From Mobula hypostoma (taxonomy: Eukaryota), in the NCBI RefSeq assembly GCF_963921235.1, contig NC_086107.1:93746001-93810000 (forward strand): a stretch of DNA of 64,000 nt, given 5' to 3'. The notes beneath the pieces were generated by a model that worked only from the letters and a program-made list of their open reading frames with translations, did not search any database and was not told the DNA's origin. The translations under genes were made by a program, and so were the position numbers. Shown in pieces: positions 49,765 to 62,623 of the stretch. Numbering within the stretch: the stretch's first letter is position 1; every line of letters begins with the position of its first letter.

Positions 49765-52760
49765 TTTGGATTCAAAGTACGCTTATTACCAAAGTATGCA
49801 CGCACGATATATCTCTGAGATTCATCTTCCCACAGACACCCACGAAACAAAAAAAAAATGGAACTAATTTTCATCAACCTCCCCCCCAACGTGAAAAAGA
49901 AAACAAATCATGCAAACAACAAAAAAAAGAGCAAAAACGCAGGATATAAAACACAAAATCAAAAGGTATATTTCAGTTCAGTTCGGTGTTAATTATCTTC
50001 AGGCAACCCCGATTCAAAATCGCCCCAGCTAGAAACAAAGGAAAGGAGAGACGAGAAGCTAGAAGACATCATAACCACGAATTAGAGTCCACAATCCACA
50101 AACCACAACGATTAGACCTTGCTCCAGTACCATCCTTTGACAGTATCGAGGGAGAGTGGGAGAGATCATTCAATTGCTAGGACCTTCCCACCGTAGCAGC
50201 GAGCCGTCACACGCAGACACCTTCCTCGGCAACAGCGAGCAAGAGGTTGGTAGACGCTCGCCTCCACACCCGCCTCGATGATCTCAGCCTTCCTCGGCGT
50301 TTTAATCGGCGAGAGAGGGAGACGGTCACGGGCTCGCTGTCTGTCTCCAAGTGTCCTGGCCCTGCGCCTCACATTTTTCTCGTGGCCTCGAGGAACCCTC
50401 TCGGAGACAGCAAGGCGCCAGATCGCCCAATTGGCCCGAAAGCACGCTGCCAGAATGTACAACAGTGGCAGAACCACATCAGAAATAAAAAGAAGACGTA
50501 AGGAAGGAAAAGGAATTGCACCGTGACCCATCTTGAGGATAGAACAAGAACATAGAACAGTACAGTACAGTACAAGCCCTTTGGCCCACAATGTTGTGCC
50601 AACCCTTAAACCCTGCCTCCCATATAACCCCCCACCTTAAATTCCTCCATATACCTGTCTAGTAGTCTCTTAAACTTCACGAGTGTATCTGGACCCACCA
50701 CTGACTCGGGCAGTGCATTCCACGCACCAACCACTCTCTGAGTAAAAAACCTTCCTCTAATATCCCCCTTAAACTTCCCACCCCTTACCTTAAAGCCATG
50801 TCCTCTTGTATTGAGCAGTGGTGCCCTGGGGAAGAGGTGCTGGCTGTCCACTCTATCTATTCCTCTTAATATCTTGTACACCTCTATCCTGTCTCCTCTC
50901 ATCCTCCTTCTCTCCAAAGAGTAAAGCCCTAGCTCCCTTAATCTCTGAACTTAATGCATACTTTCTAAACCAGGCAGCATCCTGGTAAATCTCCTCTGTA
51001 CCCTTTCCAATGCTTCCACATCCTTCCTATAGTGAGGCGACCAGAACTGGACACAGTACTCCAAGTGTGGCCTAACCAGAGTTTTATAGAGCTGCATCAT
51101 TTCCTCACGACTCTTAAACTCTCTCCCTCAACTTATGAAAGCTAACACCCCTATAAGCTTTCTTAACTACCCTATCTACCTGTGAGGCAACCCTCTGCTC
51201 CTCCACACTACCAAGTATCCTGCCATTTACTTTGTACTCTGCCTTGGAGTTTGTCCTTCCAAAGTGTACCACCTCACACTTCTCCGGGTTGAACTTCATC
51301 TGCCACTTCTCAGCCCACTTCTGCATCCTATCAATGTCTCTCTGCTCTGCAATCTTCGACAATCCTCTACACTATCCACAACACCATCAACCTTTGTGTC
51401 GTCTGCAAACTTGCCAACTCACCCTTCTACCCCCACATCCAGGTTATTAATAAAAATCACAAAAAGTAGAGGTCCCAGAACCGATCCTTGTGGGACACCA
51501 CTAGTCACAATCCTCCAATATGAACGTACTCCCTCCACCATGACCCTCTGCTTTCTGCAGGCAAGCCAATTCTGAATCCACCTGGCCAAACTTCCCTGGA
51601 TCCCACGCCTTCTGACTTTCTGAATAAGCCTACTGTGTGGAACCTTGTCAAATGCCTTACTAAAATCCATATAGATCACATCCACTGCACTACCCTCATC
51701 TGTATGCCTGGTCACCTCCTCAAAGAACTCTATCAGACTTGTTAGACACGATCTGCCCTTCACAAAGCCATGCTGACTGTCCCTGATCAGACTATGATTC
51801 TCTAAATGCCCATAGATCCTATCTCTAAGAATCTTTTCCAACAGCTTTCCCACCACAAATGTGAGGCTCACTGGTCTATAATTACCTGGACTACCCCTAT
51901 TACCTTTTTTGAACAAAGGGACAACATTCGCCTCCCTCCAACCTTCCGGTACCATTCCCGTGGACAATGAGGACATAAAGATCCTAGCCAGAGTCTCAAC
52001 AATCTCTTCCCTCACCTCATAGGGCAGCCTGGGGAATATTCCATCAGGCCCCAGGGACTTATCCGTCCTAATGTATTTTAACAACTCAACACCTCCTCTC
52101 CCTTGATATCAACATGCTCCAGAACATCAAGCTCACTCATATTGTCCTCACCATCATCAAGTTCCCTCTCATTGTTGAATACCGAACAGAAGCATTCATT
52201 GAGGACCTCACTCACTTCCACAGCCTCCAGGCACATCTTCCCACCTTTATCTCTAATCAGTCCTACTTTCACTCCTGTCATCCTTTTGTTCTTCACATAA
52301 TTGAAGAATGCCTTGGGGTTTTCCTTTACCCTACTCACCAAGGCCTTCTCATGCCCCCTTCTTGCTCTCCTCAGTCCTTTCTTAAGCTCCTTTCTTGCTA
52401 CCCTATACTCCTCAATAGACCCATCTGATCCTTACTTCCTAAACCTCATTTATGCTGCCTTCTTCCACCTGACTAGATTTTCCACCTCACTTGTCACCCA
52501 TGGTTCCTTCACCCTACCATTCTTTATCTTCCTCACCGGGACAAATTTATCCCTAACATCCTGCAAGAGATCTCTAAACATCGACCATATGTCCATAGTA
52601 CATTTCCCTGCAAATACATCATCCCAATTCACACCCACAAGTTCTAGGCTTATAGCCTCATAATTTGCCCTTCCGCAATTTAAAATTTTCCTGTCCTCTC
52701 TGATTCTATCCTTGATGTCACCCTTGGTAGAGTTGTTCGCTGGCGCCATCTTCTTCTGGA
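49765..52760 (-). mobile_element. Non-autonomous CpG-rich retroelement (AAGATGGCG head) split by a CR1 insertion
   Basis: Head gaagaagatggcgcc near 52755 joins at ggtgacatc/ctcaagatggg to the body 50540-49765, which ends in taataagcgtactttgaa. Confidence 0.6.
50541..52713 (-). mobile_element. 5'-truncated CR1, same subfamily as 8477-11803
   Basis: Collinear and highly similar to 9605-11803; flanked by duplicated gat at 50538-50540 and 52714-52716. Confidence 0.95.
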
Positions 52761-53649
52761 TCTGGGGTTTTATTTTCTGTGTCCCCTGTTCCTGCTTTAA
52801 ATTCCCATCTTATTACGCTCATTGCTGCCCGCTACCCGGAAACATCGGAATTAGTGCAGTATAACCGTGGGAGATTGTCACGGATGCGTCACTTGCAATC
52901 ACAAGACTCTGGTGGACAGTGATAATGCAAATTACCCTTGTCTGGTGGTGTGACAGGCGACATGGGAGCAGTGTGGCCTCGGCTGTGGTGAGGACTAGGC
53001 CTCAAGCCTCGGGCTTGCCTGCCGCTGCAAACCAGGTGAGAGATGCAGAAGCATTTACAGCATGGCGTCCGAGCTCGGCTGGGCCCTGGCCCTGGCCTCC
53101 CGTGTTCAAGCAGTGGAATGATGGGCTGTATGGCGTGTGTCTGCACACTGCCAGGAGACTGTACCATTGATAGCTGGACATTGTACGTCAGAGTCTTGGA
53201 CCACATACATTATTTTATACATACATCCATTATGTTATTTTTCAAGTGAATATGCTTCTTTGCTCACTACTGTGAATTATGTTACTCGCTATTTTTGAAT
53301 GTTTGCTTGCTATTTTTGAATGTTTTGCACCTTGGCCACAGAGGAGCTCTGTCTCATTCAGTTGTATCTATGTATGGTTTGAATGATAATTCAACTTGAT
53401 GTGATTTATTCACCCTAGTAAATACAAAAGTAGAATATTTGGAAACAAGAGACTGCCAACCCTGGAATCTGGAGCATAAGAACAATATGCTGGAAGAACT
53501 CAGTGGGTCAAGCAGCATGTGTAGAAAGGGAAGAATGGTCAACAATGCAAGGTTTTGACCCGAAATGTTGACAATTCTTTTCCTCCCACAGGGGCCGTTC
53601 GATGCACTAAGCACTTCAAGCAGAGTGGTTGTTATTTTGTTTAGAGATA

Positions 53650-53900
53650 CAGCACAGAAAAGGTGCATCCCACACCGCCCAGTAATCCACCTATTTAACT
53701 CTAGCCTAATCACAGAACAAATTTTACAATGACAATTCAGCTACTAACTGGTATGTCTTTTGCAGGAAACCCGAGCTCCCAGAGGAAACCCATGTGGTCA
53801 CGGGGCAGTCGCACAAACTGCTTACAGACGGCACCAGAATTGAACTCTGAACTCTCATGCCCCAAGCTGTAATAGTGTCACATTAATCGCTGCACCGCCA
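53650..53900 (-). mobile_element. V-SINE (HE1-like)
   Basis: ggaaacccgagctcccagaggaaacccatgtggtcacgggg..caaactgcttacagac. Confidence 0.6.
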
Positions 53901-53949
53901 TGTTGGATCAATTAGTATTGGTATATAGCCTTAATTTTGTCACATGTTG

Positions 53950-54330
53950 GATGACGGGGTGGAAATACGCCTCTACCAAATGAGGTGCAAGGTACTCCTT
54001 CCCTCCATTTGCCTGTAGGTCACCCTTGGGCAAAGTGCAGCACTTGTTCTGCCCTCCTGGATCAGGGTCACGTGAAGCTATAGGAGCAGGTGGTGGATGG
54101 TCATATGAAGAACTGGGGCATATCACAAATCCTGGTTATGTGACCACTGATGCCAGGCAGATGATCTCTGAAGAGTATTGATAATGGCTGGGAGTCACCT
54201 GTCTAATAGAGACACTGCCCAGAAGCAGACAATGGCAAACCAGTTCTGCAGAAAGATTTACCAAGAACAATCATGGTCAGGAGACACGTCATACGACACG
54301 GCACATGATGATAATGATGGTGGTGATGAT
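53950..54330 (+). mobile_element. Non-autonomous RTE-tailed element
   Basis: Same family as 36765; (GAT)n tail. Confidence 0.65.
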
Positions 54331-54573
54331 GGTTTGTCACATGTACTGAGATATAGCACAGATCCAGACAGATCATCCCTTGCATAATTACGTCAAGGGA
54401 GCAGAAAGGAAATAAAATGCAGAATAGAGTCTTACAGTTACAGAAAATGGGCGATGCAGGAAGACAATAAAGTAAAGGTCTGCGCTGAGGTAGATTTGGA
54501 GATCAAGATATCTTCTTTTAGCATATAAGAGATCTGTTCAAGGGTCTTTTAATAGTCTTGAGTTACTTGGGAC

Positions 54574-54768
54574 CACTGTTCCCTCTAAGGTGCATTGGTG
54601 CGCGGCTGCGCAGTAACTGAAATGCTCTCATGCACATAGCCTTCGTTGCCACGCAGCTGGAATTTTCCTTTATATAATGTTCTGCACAGTTATCAGGTCA
54701 TGTAAAAATTTTATGCTGAAAGCAATGGTTAGACCGTGCAGCTGTAAAAAAAAATAGAGGGAATGTTG
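54574..54768. mobile_element. hAT MITE
   Basis: TIRs cactgttccctcta / tagagggaatgttg; 8-bp TSD cttgggac (54566-54573) and tttgggac (54769-54776). Confidence 0.75.
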
Positions 54769-54954
54769 TTTGGGACAGGTAAGAATATTGTTTAAAATTA
54801 ATAATTTGGAGAAGCATTGGAATAATTCAGGGTTCAAGAGTTCACGAGTTCAGCCTTTATTGTATTAAATTGATAAATCGGTGTATTATTGTCATATGTA
54901 CTGAGGTACAGCGAAAATCTTGTCTTGCATAAAGCTTATATGGTTCAACAGGTA

Positions 54955-55660
54955 GAGGTGTACAAGATGATAAGAGGCAAGGATGGAGTGGACAGCCAGT
55001 GCCATTTTCCCAGGGCAAAAATGGCTAATGTAAGGGACATGGTTTTAAAGTGATTGGAGGAGAACATAGGGGAGGTGACAGAGGTAAGGTTTTTCACACA
55101 GAGAGATGGTGAGTTTGTGGAATGCCCTGCCAGGGGTGGTGGTAGAGGCAGATACATTAGGGACATTTAAGGTTCAATGGCCCAACACTTCATTCCAACC
55201 TCAACACAAGTCAGTTGAATGAAGTTAGAAAGAGTTTGTGTTTTATTTACCTTTAGCCAGTGTACATCATGGGCAAATCCAGCACTCATTGTAATTACAT
55301 AGAAACATAGATAGAAAACCTACTGCACAATATAGGCCCGTCAGCCCACAATGCTGGGCCAAACATGTACTTACTTTAGTAATTACCTAGGGTTACCCAT
55401 AGCCCCCTATTTTTCTAAGCTCCATGTACCTATCCAGCCGTCTCTAAAAAGACCCTATTGTTTCCGTCACCACCGCCACCGCCAGCAGCCCATTCCACAC
55501 ACACACACCACTCTCTGTGCAAAAAACTTACCCCTGACATCTGCTCTATACCTACTTCCAAGCACCTTAAAACTGTGCCCCCTCATGCTAGCCATTTCAG
55601 CTCTGGGAAAAAGCCTCTGACTATCCTCTTGATCAATGCCTCTCATCATCTTATACACCT
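54955..55660. mobile_element. Two opposed CR1 3' fragments (about 54955-55170 +, 55300-55660 -)
   Basis: VYKMMRGID..RLFPRAEMA..RGHSFKVLG. Confidence 0.7.
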
Positions 55661-55844
55661 TCGGGATCAACAAAGTATCTGTCTATCTATCTATCTATGG
55701 CCCTTCCTTAACTGCCCTTAACAAGGCGGGTGTGAGCTCCCTCTCACACTGCTGCATACAGCAGGGATCATCTCCTTAGCCCAACTTGCCCGTGCCAAAC
55801 AATATGTCTATCTAAGCCAGTCCTGTTTGCCTGTGTTTGGCCCA

Positions 55845-56040
55845 CGGGTGCACCGGTCATGTGAGTGTGCTGATCACATGGGTATACGGGTCACATGGGT
55901 GAACTGGTCACATGAGTGTGCTGATCACATGGGTATACGGGTCACATGGGTGCACTGGTCACGTGGGTGTGCTGATCACATGGATATACGGGTCACATGT
56001 GTGCACCGGACACATGGGTGTACGGGTCACATGGGTGCGA
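55845..56040. repeat. 51-bp (3 x 17-bp) minisatellite at a SINE 3' end
   Basis: Subunits like ggtcacatgggtgtact; 17-aa periodicity in ORF 55827-56102. Confidence 0.85.
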
Positions 56041-57172
56041 TTGGACAGCATAGGCTCGTTGGGCCAGAAGGGCCTGTTGTACCTCTAAATAAAAATCTTT
56101 AAGCAGTTTCTTCTAAACATTTACCTGCAGTCCTAAAGCCTTCCTGGAGGATGCCACACCCCTCCTTCCCCACTGTTCCAGCAGCTAGCTGCTCCCATTC
56201 TAATCCATCTTCAATATTGTATGAGACTTCTACAATATTTATCTCCTGATCTGTCTGGCTGACAGAGCTTATATATAAATACTAAAGCTGATGCTTAAAA
56301 TTGCAGTTACAGTATATTATCTTCCATATAAATACCAGGGAAGTCTTCCAAGGCCTCGGTGACAGTGTTAAGTTGATGTTGTCTATTTAAATATTCGCAC
56401 AAACAAAAGCAATAAGACTCATTTGTCAGTGCGATGCATCTTGTCTCTAGCCTCTTCTCTTCAGTGTTCTTCCTCCTTATCTTCAAGAGGGATGATGCAG
56501 TTTCCCTCTTGTGGCCACTTTATTAGGTACACCTGTGCACCTGCTGTTAATGTAAATATCTAATCAGCCAGTCATGAGCCAGCAATGCAATCCATAAGAG
56601 CATGCAGACATGGTCAAGAGGTTCAGTTTTCATGGTAACTCCTCCTTGCTTTTTCTCACTGCCTCCCCCCAATAATTTTAGTTGATTTTAGGTAACGATT
56701 TAATAAAGTCTAAGGATTCTGCTATGCCTCAATATATTAAGGAAAATTTTTACTGATGGATCAAAAGAAAACTTAACTGGGAATGTTGGTGTGGCTGTTT
56801 TTCTGCCTGAATTACAGGTAACAATAAAGAACTGACTTACTAGCCATTTATCAGTATACACACCAGAATTGGTTGCCATCACTTTAAGCTTACAGAGGGT
56901 GGAGGAAATCTGTCCATGGAAAGTTGTAATTTGTTCAGGTTCCCTTCAGGTTTTGATGAGTCTTAAAACAGGTCAATCTCGCACTGAGTCAGATTTACTG
57001 TTGGACGTTCATCAAACATTATACAAAGTATTGCTTTATACATTTGCCTCTTATCAGTCCCTGCGCATAAATGTGTAGAGGGGAATGCGCAAGTTGATTG
57101 ATTAGCTAAAAAAGCTGTTAAAAGCTCAGCAGTGGATATAGACCTTCCACTTAGCAAAGCAGAAGCTAAGAG

Positions 57173-58820
57173 CAGGAATTCTGCAGATGCTGGAAATTCA
57201 AGCAACACACATAAAAGTTGCTGGTGAACGCAGCAGGCCAGGCAGCATCTCTAGGAAGAGGTGCAGTCGACATTTCAGGCGAGACCCTTCGTCAGGACTA
57301 ACTGAAGGAAGAGTGAGTAAGAGATTTGAAAGTGGGAGGGGGAGGGGGAGATCCAAAATGATAGGAGAAGACAGGAGGGGGAGGGATGGAGCCGAGAGCT
57401 GGACAGGTGATTGGCAAAGGGGATACGAGAGGATCATGGGACAGGAGGCCTAGGGAGAAGGAAAGGGGGAGGGGGGACCCAGAGGATGGACAAGGGGTAT
57501 AGTCAGAGGGACAGAGGGAGAAAAAGGAGAGTGAGAGAAAGAATGTGTGTATAAAAATAAATAACGGATGGGGTACAAGGGGGAGGTGGGGCATTAGCAG
57601 AAGTTAGAGAAGTCAATGTTCATGCCATCAGGTTGGAGGCTACCCAGACGGAATATAAGGTGTTGTTCCTCCAACCTGAATGTGGCTTCATCTTTACAGT
57701 AGAGGAGGCCATGGATAGACATGTCAGAATGGGAATGGGATGTGGAATTAAAATGTGTGGCCACTGGGAGATCCTGCTTTCTCTGGCGGACAGAGCGTAG
57801 GTGTTCAGCAAAGCGGTCTCCCAGTCTGCGTCGGGTCTCGCCAATATATAAAAGGCCACATTGGGAGCACCGGACGCAGTATATCACCCCAGCCGACTCA
57901 CAGGTGAAGTGTCGCCTCACCTGGAAGGACTGTCTGGGGCCCTGAATGGTGGTAAGGGAGGAAGTGTAAGGGCATGTGCAGCACTTGTTCCGCTTACATG
58001 GATAAGTGCCAGGAGGGAGATCAGTGGGGAGGAATGGGGGGGATGAATGGAAAAGGGAGTCGCGTAGGGAGTGATCCCTGCAGAAAGCAGAGGGGTGGGG
58101 AGGGAAAGATGTGCTTAGTGGTGGGATCCCGTTGGAGGTGGCGGAAGTTACGGAGAATAATATGTTGGACCCGGAGGCTGGTGGGGTGGTAGGTGAGGAC
58201 CAGGGGAACCCTGTTCCTAGTGGGGCGGCAGGAGGATGGAGTGAGAGCAGATGTGCGTGAAATGGGGGAGATGCGTTTGAGAGCAGAGTTGATGGTGGAG
58301 GAAGGGAAGCCCCTTTCTTTAAAAAAGGAGGACATCTCCCTCGTCCTGGAATGAAAAGCCTCATCCTGGGAGCAGATGCGGTGGAGACAGAGGAATTGCG
58401 AGAAGGGGATGGCATTTTTGCAAGAGACAGAGTGAGAAGAGGAATAGTCCATATAGCTGTGAGAGTCAGTAGGCTTATAGTAAACATCAGTGGATAAGCT
58501 GTCTCCAGGGATAGAGACAGAAAGATCTAGAAAGGAGAGGGAGGTGTCGGAAATGGACCAGGTAAACTTGAGGGCAGGGTGAAAGTTGGAGGCAAAGTTA
58601 ATAAAGTCAACGAGTTCAGCATGCGTGCAGGAAGCAGCGCCAATGCAGTCGTCGATGTAGCGAAGGAAAAGTGGGGGACAGATACCAGAATAGGTACGGA
58701 ACATAGATTGTTCCACAAAGCCAACAAAAAGGTAGGCACAGCTCGGACCCATACGGGTGCCCATAGCTACACCTTTAGTTTGGAGGAAGTGGGAGGAGCC
58801 AAAGGAGAAATTATTAAGAG
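57173..58820 (-). mobile_element. Penelope-like element (RT C-terminal part, GIY-YIG endonuclease, 3' terminal repeat)
   Basis: GVAMGTRMGPS, FLRYIDD, FLDL, YYKPTDSH; VIYCVRCSQCGLLYIGETRRRLGDRFAEH; frameshift near 58060. Confidence 0.95.
57264..57304 (-). ncRNA. Minimal type I hammerhead ribozyme motif in the Penelope terminal repeat
   Basis: Minus strand agtc-CTGACGA-agggtctcgcct-GAAA-tGTC-gact. Confidence 0.7.
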
Positions 58821-60449
58821 GGGTAACTTAGCTTACATTTGAAAATGTTTTTTCCCCTCAACTCTCTACTCCACACTCCAGTCTAGTTGGTGACGGCAAT
58901 GCACTTTTAAGTGGGACTTAAAGCCAACCGCCATAAAAAGTCAGGAAAAGAAGAGGTTCAGTTGTTGTTCAGACCAAATGGGGAAGAAATGTGATTTAAG
59001 TAACTTTGATCGTAGAACGATTGTTGGTGCCAGATGGGGTGGTTTGAGTATCTCAGAAACTGCTTACTTCCTGGGATTTTCACCACAACAGTCTCCAGTG
59101 TTCAAGGAAAATGGTGCGAAAACAAAAAAACACCCAGTTCTGTGGGCAAAAATGCCTTGTTAATGAGAGAGGTCAGAGGAAGATGGTTGAAAGCTGACAA
59201 GAATGCGACAGTAACTCAAATAACCACACATTACATCAGTGGTATGCAGAAGAGCATCTCTGAACACACAAAACATTGAATCTTGAAGTAGATGGGCTAC
59301 AGCAGAGGAAGACCATGAACATACATTCAGAGGCTACTTTATAAGGTACAGGAGATACCCAGTAAAGTGGCGACTCGGTGCATGTCTCCCACAGCCACAT
59401 CAATGAACCGGGTATGTTTTCTATGACAAAGTGATCACTGTTACAAAGTCAAGTGCTTTCAAAAACAATTCCAGATTTAGTCAAAGGTTTGAAATCATTT
59501 TTTTTTTGGCCGCAGTGGGATTCTAACTCACATCTCTGTATCAAAGGTCCAGAACTCTAGCTGCTGCTCTGGTGATTGAATCTCGAGGTTATTGTGCCTC
59601 GCTGCATTTGTACTTATTTACTTATAGAGTGTCCATCATGACCTCAGGGTTGTGGAGAGCATCTCATAGTCAAAAATTATTTTTGAAATACAGCCATTTC
59701 GCTAAAACTGGAAGCACAGCATCTAAGTTCAGCACAGCAGCCTTCTCTGTTCCATTTCAGATCTCCATCATTTGACACTACTTTAAATGTTGGGGCCGAA
59801 ATCTTAATTTCCTCTCTTCAGGCAGTTAGCTTGGCACATTTCTCTTTCTTTTAAAGATATTTAGAAATGTTTTAATTCCATTTATTCCCCGTCAAGAGCT
59901 GCTACTGCTGACTCAAGAGAGGGGCAGACCGAAACATTGCTTTGACATAATATTAATTCCCAATGCTCTCAGGGGACTGGAACATGGGAGTCTGTAAACG
60001 GCGCCCTCTATTGGGCACGCAGCAGAAGATCAACTCAATGCCTCACGAACTACAGAGACTTCATTCGAAATATTGCAGAGTTCAGGTCTCCCAAGCCAGG
60101 AAAGGACCTACATTGGAAAGAGGGAATGCAGTGCAGATTAATCAGATTGATTCCTGGACTAGAGATGACAAGAGATGGCACTGGGGGCTGAAGAAGAGAG
60201 CAGGACCAGGGGCTAGTGTACGTGCATGGGTGGGTGTAGGGGAGGGAGGGACGAACGCAGCTTGCTTTGCTGTTGTGGCTTTGTTGCTTGCTATGTCCTG
60301 TGTTGTCCTCCCGACAATTTTGGACGTGCTATGTTGTGGTGACACTTGCGGGCTGCCCCCAGCACATCCTTGGGTGTGTGGTTTGTTGACGCAAATGACA
60401 CGTTTCACTGTACTGTATGTTCCGACAAATAAATCTGAATCTAAAGCTA

Positions 60450-61145
60450 CATCACCAGGCACGTGTATTGCCACATGCACAAGTGCATATCTGCACAGGT
60501 GCATTGAAAAACTTGCAGCAGTGTCATAGGCACATCGCATTAAATAAGCAGCATGCACAATAAAACATAAATTATGCACAACTTTTACAAGAAAGAACAC
60601 GATGAAAGCAGAACTTTGTTTTCGTGTAAAGTAGCCATAGAGGTTCTAAACTCTGATGATTAGGGCTTTGCCAACTGGTTCAAGAACTGAACGACTGAAG
60701 AGAAGTCACTGTTTTGAACCTGGTGGTTTGGGACTTCAGGCTTCTGTACCTCCTACTGAATGGTGGCTGTGAGAAGATGGCATAGTCCGGAGAGAGGGGA
60801 CCTTTGATGATGGATATTGCCTTCCTGAGGCAGTGTCTCCTGTAGCCGGTGGGGAGGAATGTGGCCAGGTGTCCTGGCCTGAGTCCGCTGCTCTCTGCAA
60901 TTCCCCTCGTGCCTGCACATTCAGACTGCTGTACCTGACACTGGTGCAGCCAGTCAGGATACTCTGAACAGTACATCTGTAGGCCTTTGTTGAAGTGTTC
61001 AGTGCCAAAATGAAACTCCACAAACTCTTAAGAAAGTAAAGATGGTGACACACTTTCCTCGTGACTGCGTCCACGTGCTGGGTCCAGGACATGTAATCTG
61101 ATATGTTATCGCCCACGAATTTAAAGTTGCTGGCAAATATCCTCA
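60450..61145 (-). mobile_element. Decayed Rex/Babar- or L2-type LINE 3' fragment
   Basis: SWTQHVDAVTRKV..LYFL..YRCTVQSILTGC; RRYRSLKSQTTRFK. Confidence 0.65.
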
Positions 61146-61189
61146 CACCTTAAATCCACAGCTTCTTGGGGAAAAAAACACATTCTGAC

Positions 61190-61860
61190 CACCCATGATC
61201 CTCTCATATCCCTTTTGCCAATCACCTGTCCAGCTCTTGGGTCCATCCCTCCCCCTCCTGTCTTCTCCTATCATTTTGGATCTCCCCCTCCCCCTCCAAC
61301 TTTCAAATCTCTTACTATCTCTTCTTTCAGTTAGTCCTGACGAAGGGTCTCGGCCTGAAACGTTGACTGTACCTCTTCCTAGAGATGCTGCCTGGCCTGC
61401 TGCGTTCACCAGCAACTTTGATGTGTGTTGCTTGAATTTCCAGCATTTGCAGAATTCCTGTTGTTTGCGTTTCTGACCACTTGACAGCATAAACATCGAT
61501 TTCTCTAACTTCCACTAATTTCTCATCCCACCCATTCTCTCCTGTTCCATTCCCCATTCTCACCCCTTCTCTTCACCTCAGCTGCCCATCACATTCCCCT
61601 AGTGCCCTCCCCTAGCAGATTCCTTCTTCCATATCCCTTTACCTCTTCCACCAATCAGCTCCCAGCTTCTCACTTCATCCCCCCTCCCCGCCCACCTACC
61701 CTCAACCTCACCTGGGCTCACCTGCCACCTCGTGCTCCCTCCCCTCCCCACAGCTTGTTCCACTTTCTCCTGACAAAGGTCTCAGTCTGAAATGTCAACT
61801 GTTTAGTCCCCTCTGTAGATGCTGCCGACCTTCTGAGTTCCTCCAGCATTTTGTGTGCTA
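61190..61860 (+). mobile_element. Two tandem Penelope terminal-repeat fragments
   Basis: 61190-61465 is near-identical to the reverse complement of 57173-57440; the second piece starts at the INIDFSNF ORF end near 61490. Confidence 0.85.
61333..61368 (+). ncRNA. Minimal type I hammerhead ribozyme motif
   Basis: agtc-CTGACGA-agggtctcggcct-GAAA-cGTT-gact. Confidence 0.7.
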
Positions 61861-62579
61861 TTTTGATCCTTTCTAAGACCCTCATAATCTCATAGATTTC
61901 TGTTAGATTATTTTAAGGACCAGGTACAAGGTGGGAGAAGGTTGAGGAATCATCAAACTCAAGTCTTCCTGGAAGAGGTGCTGCCGTTGTCTATCCTGTC
62001 TCCACCAACACCACAAAACTCTGTGTCGGGCTAAACAGTTTCTCTGTCAGATTATTTTAAATTTGCTGGATTTTTTTTTATATACAAACCCAAGTTCCAC
62101 AGGGATGGTGTGTTTGAATAATTGATCAATGGAGAAATATTGCTGATTGCAATGTTATTTTTGTGGCAGTCAGTCATGCAGCTTTGCTCTTGGGTCACAG
62201 GGGTCATAGAGTTACTCAGCATGAAACAGACCCTTTAGCCCAGCTCATCTTCGCTGACCATGATGTCTAATCCCACTTGCCCCAAAACCTTTCCTTTCCT
62301 AACCAACCCAAGTTTATTCTCCTGATCTTCATCAGGGCCCTGGCCTGAAACGTCAGCTGTTTACTCCCCTCCATAGACTCTGCCTGACTTGTTGAGTTCC
62401 TCCATCATTTTGTGTGTGTTTTCACCAAGTGAGGAGTTCTTACTTTTCTCTCGGAATCAGAGTCAAGTTTAATATCGCTGATATAAATGTTGTGAAATCC
62501 ATTGTTTTGTGGCAGCAATACAGTGCAATACACAAAAAAAGTATTAATTACAATCAGAAATATTTATAAAATATAAATT

Positions 62580-62584
<5 letters not shown>

Positions 62585-62618
<34 letters not shown>
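62585..62618. repeat. (CA)n microsatellite
   Basis: Direct observation. Confidence 0.95.

Positions 62619-62623
<5 letters not shown>

Larger units (their letters stand above)
56629..58950 (+). mobile_element. I/Nimb-clade LINE fragment with RNase H domain, interrupted by Penelope
   Basis: IFTDGSK at 56746, ELVAI, VPAHKCVEGNAQVD*LAKKA at 57057; Nimb-like 3' end ctccacactccagtctagttggtgacggcaatgcac; 13-bp TSD aagaggttcagtt at 56616-56628 and 58951-58963. Confidence 0.75.
56511..59382 (+). mobile_element. Tc1 non-autonomous element split by nested insertions
   Basis: Left TIR gtggccactttattaggtac; N-terminal HTH MGKKCDLSNFDRRTIVGARWGGLSISETA at 58978; right end agtaaagtggcgactcggtg. Confidence 0.8.

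Noticed and set aside
59963..60600. 188-aa and 152-aa ORFs
   Set aside because: They span unique DNA and repeat fragments, with no recognisable domain or splice support
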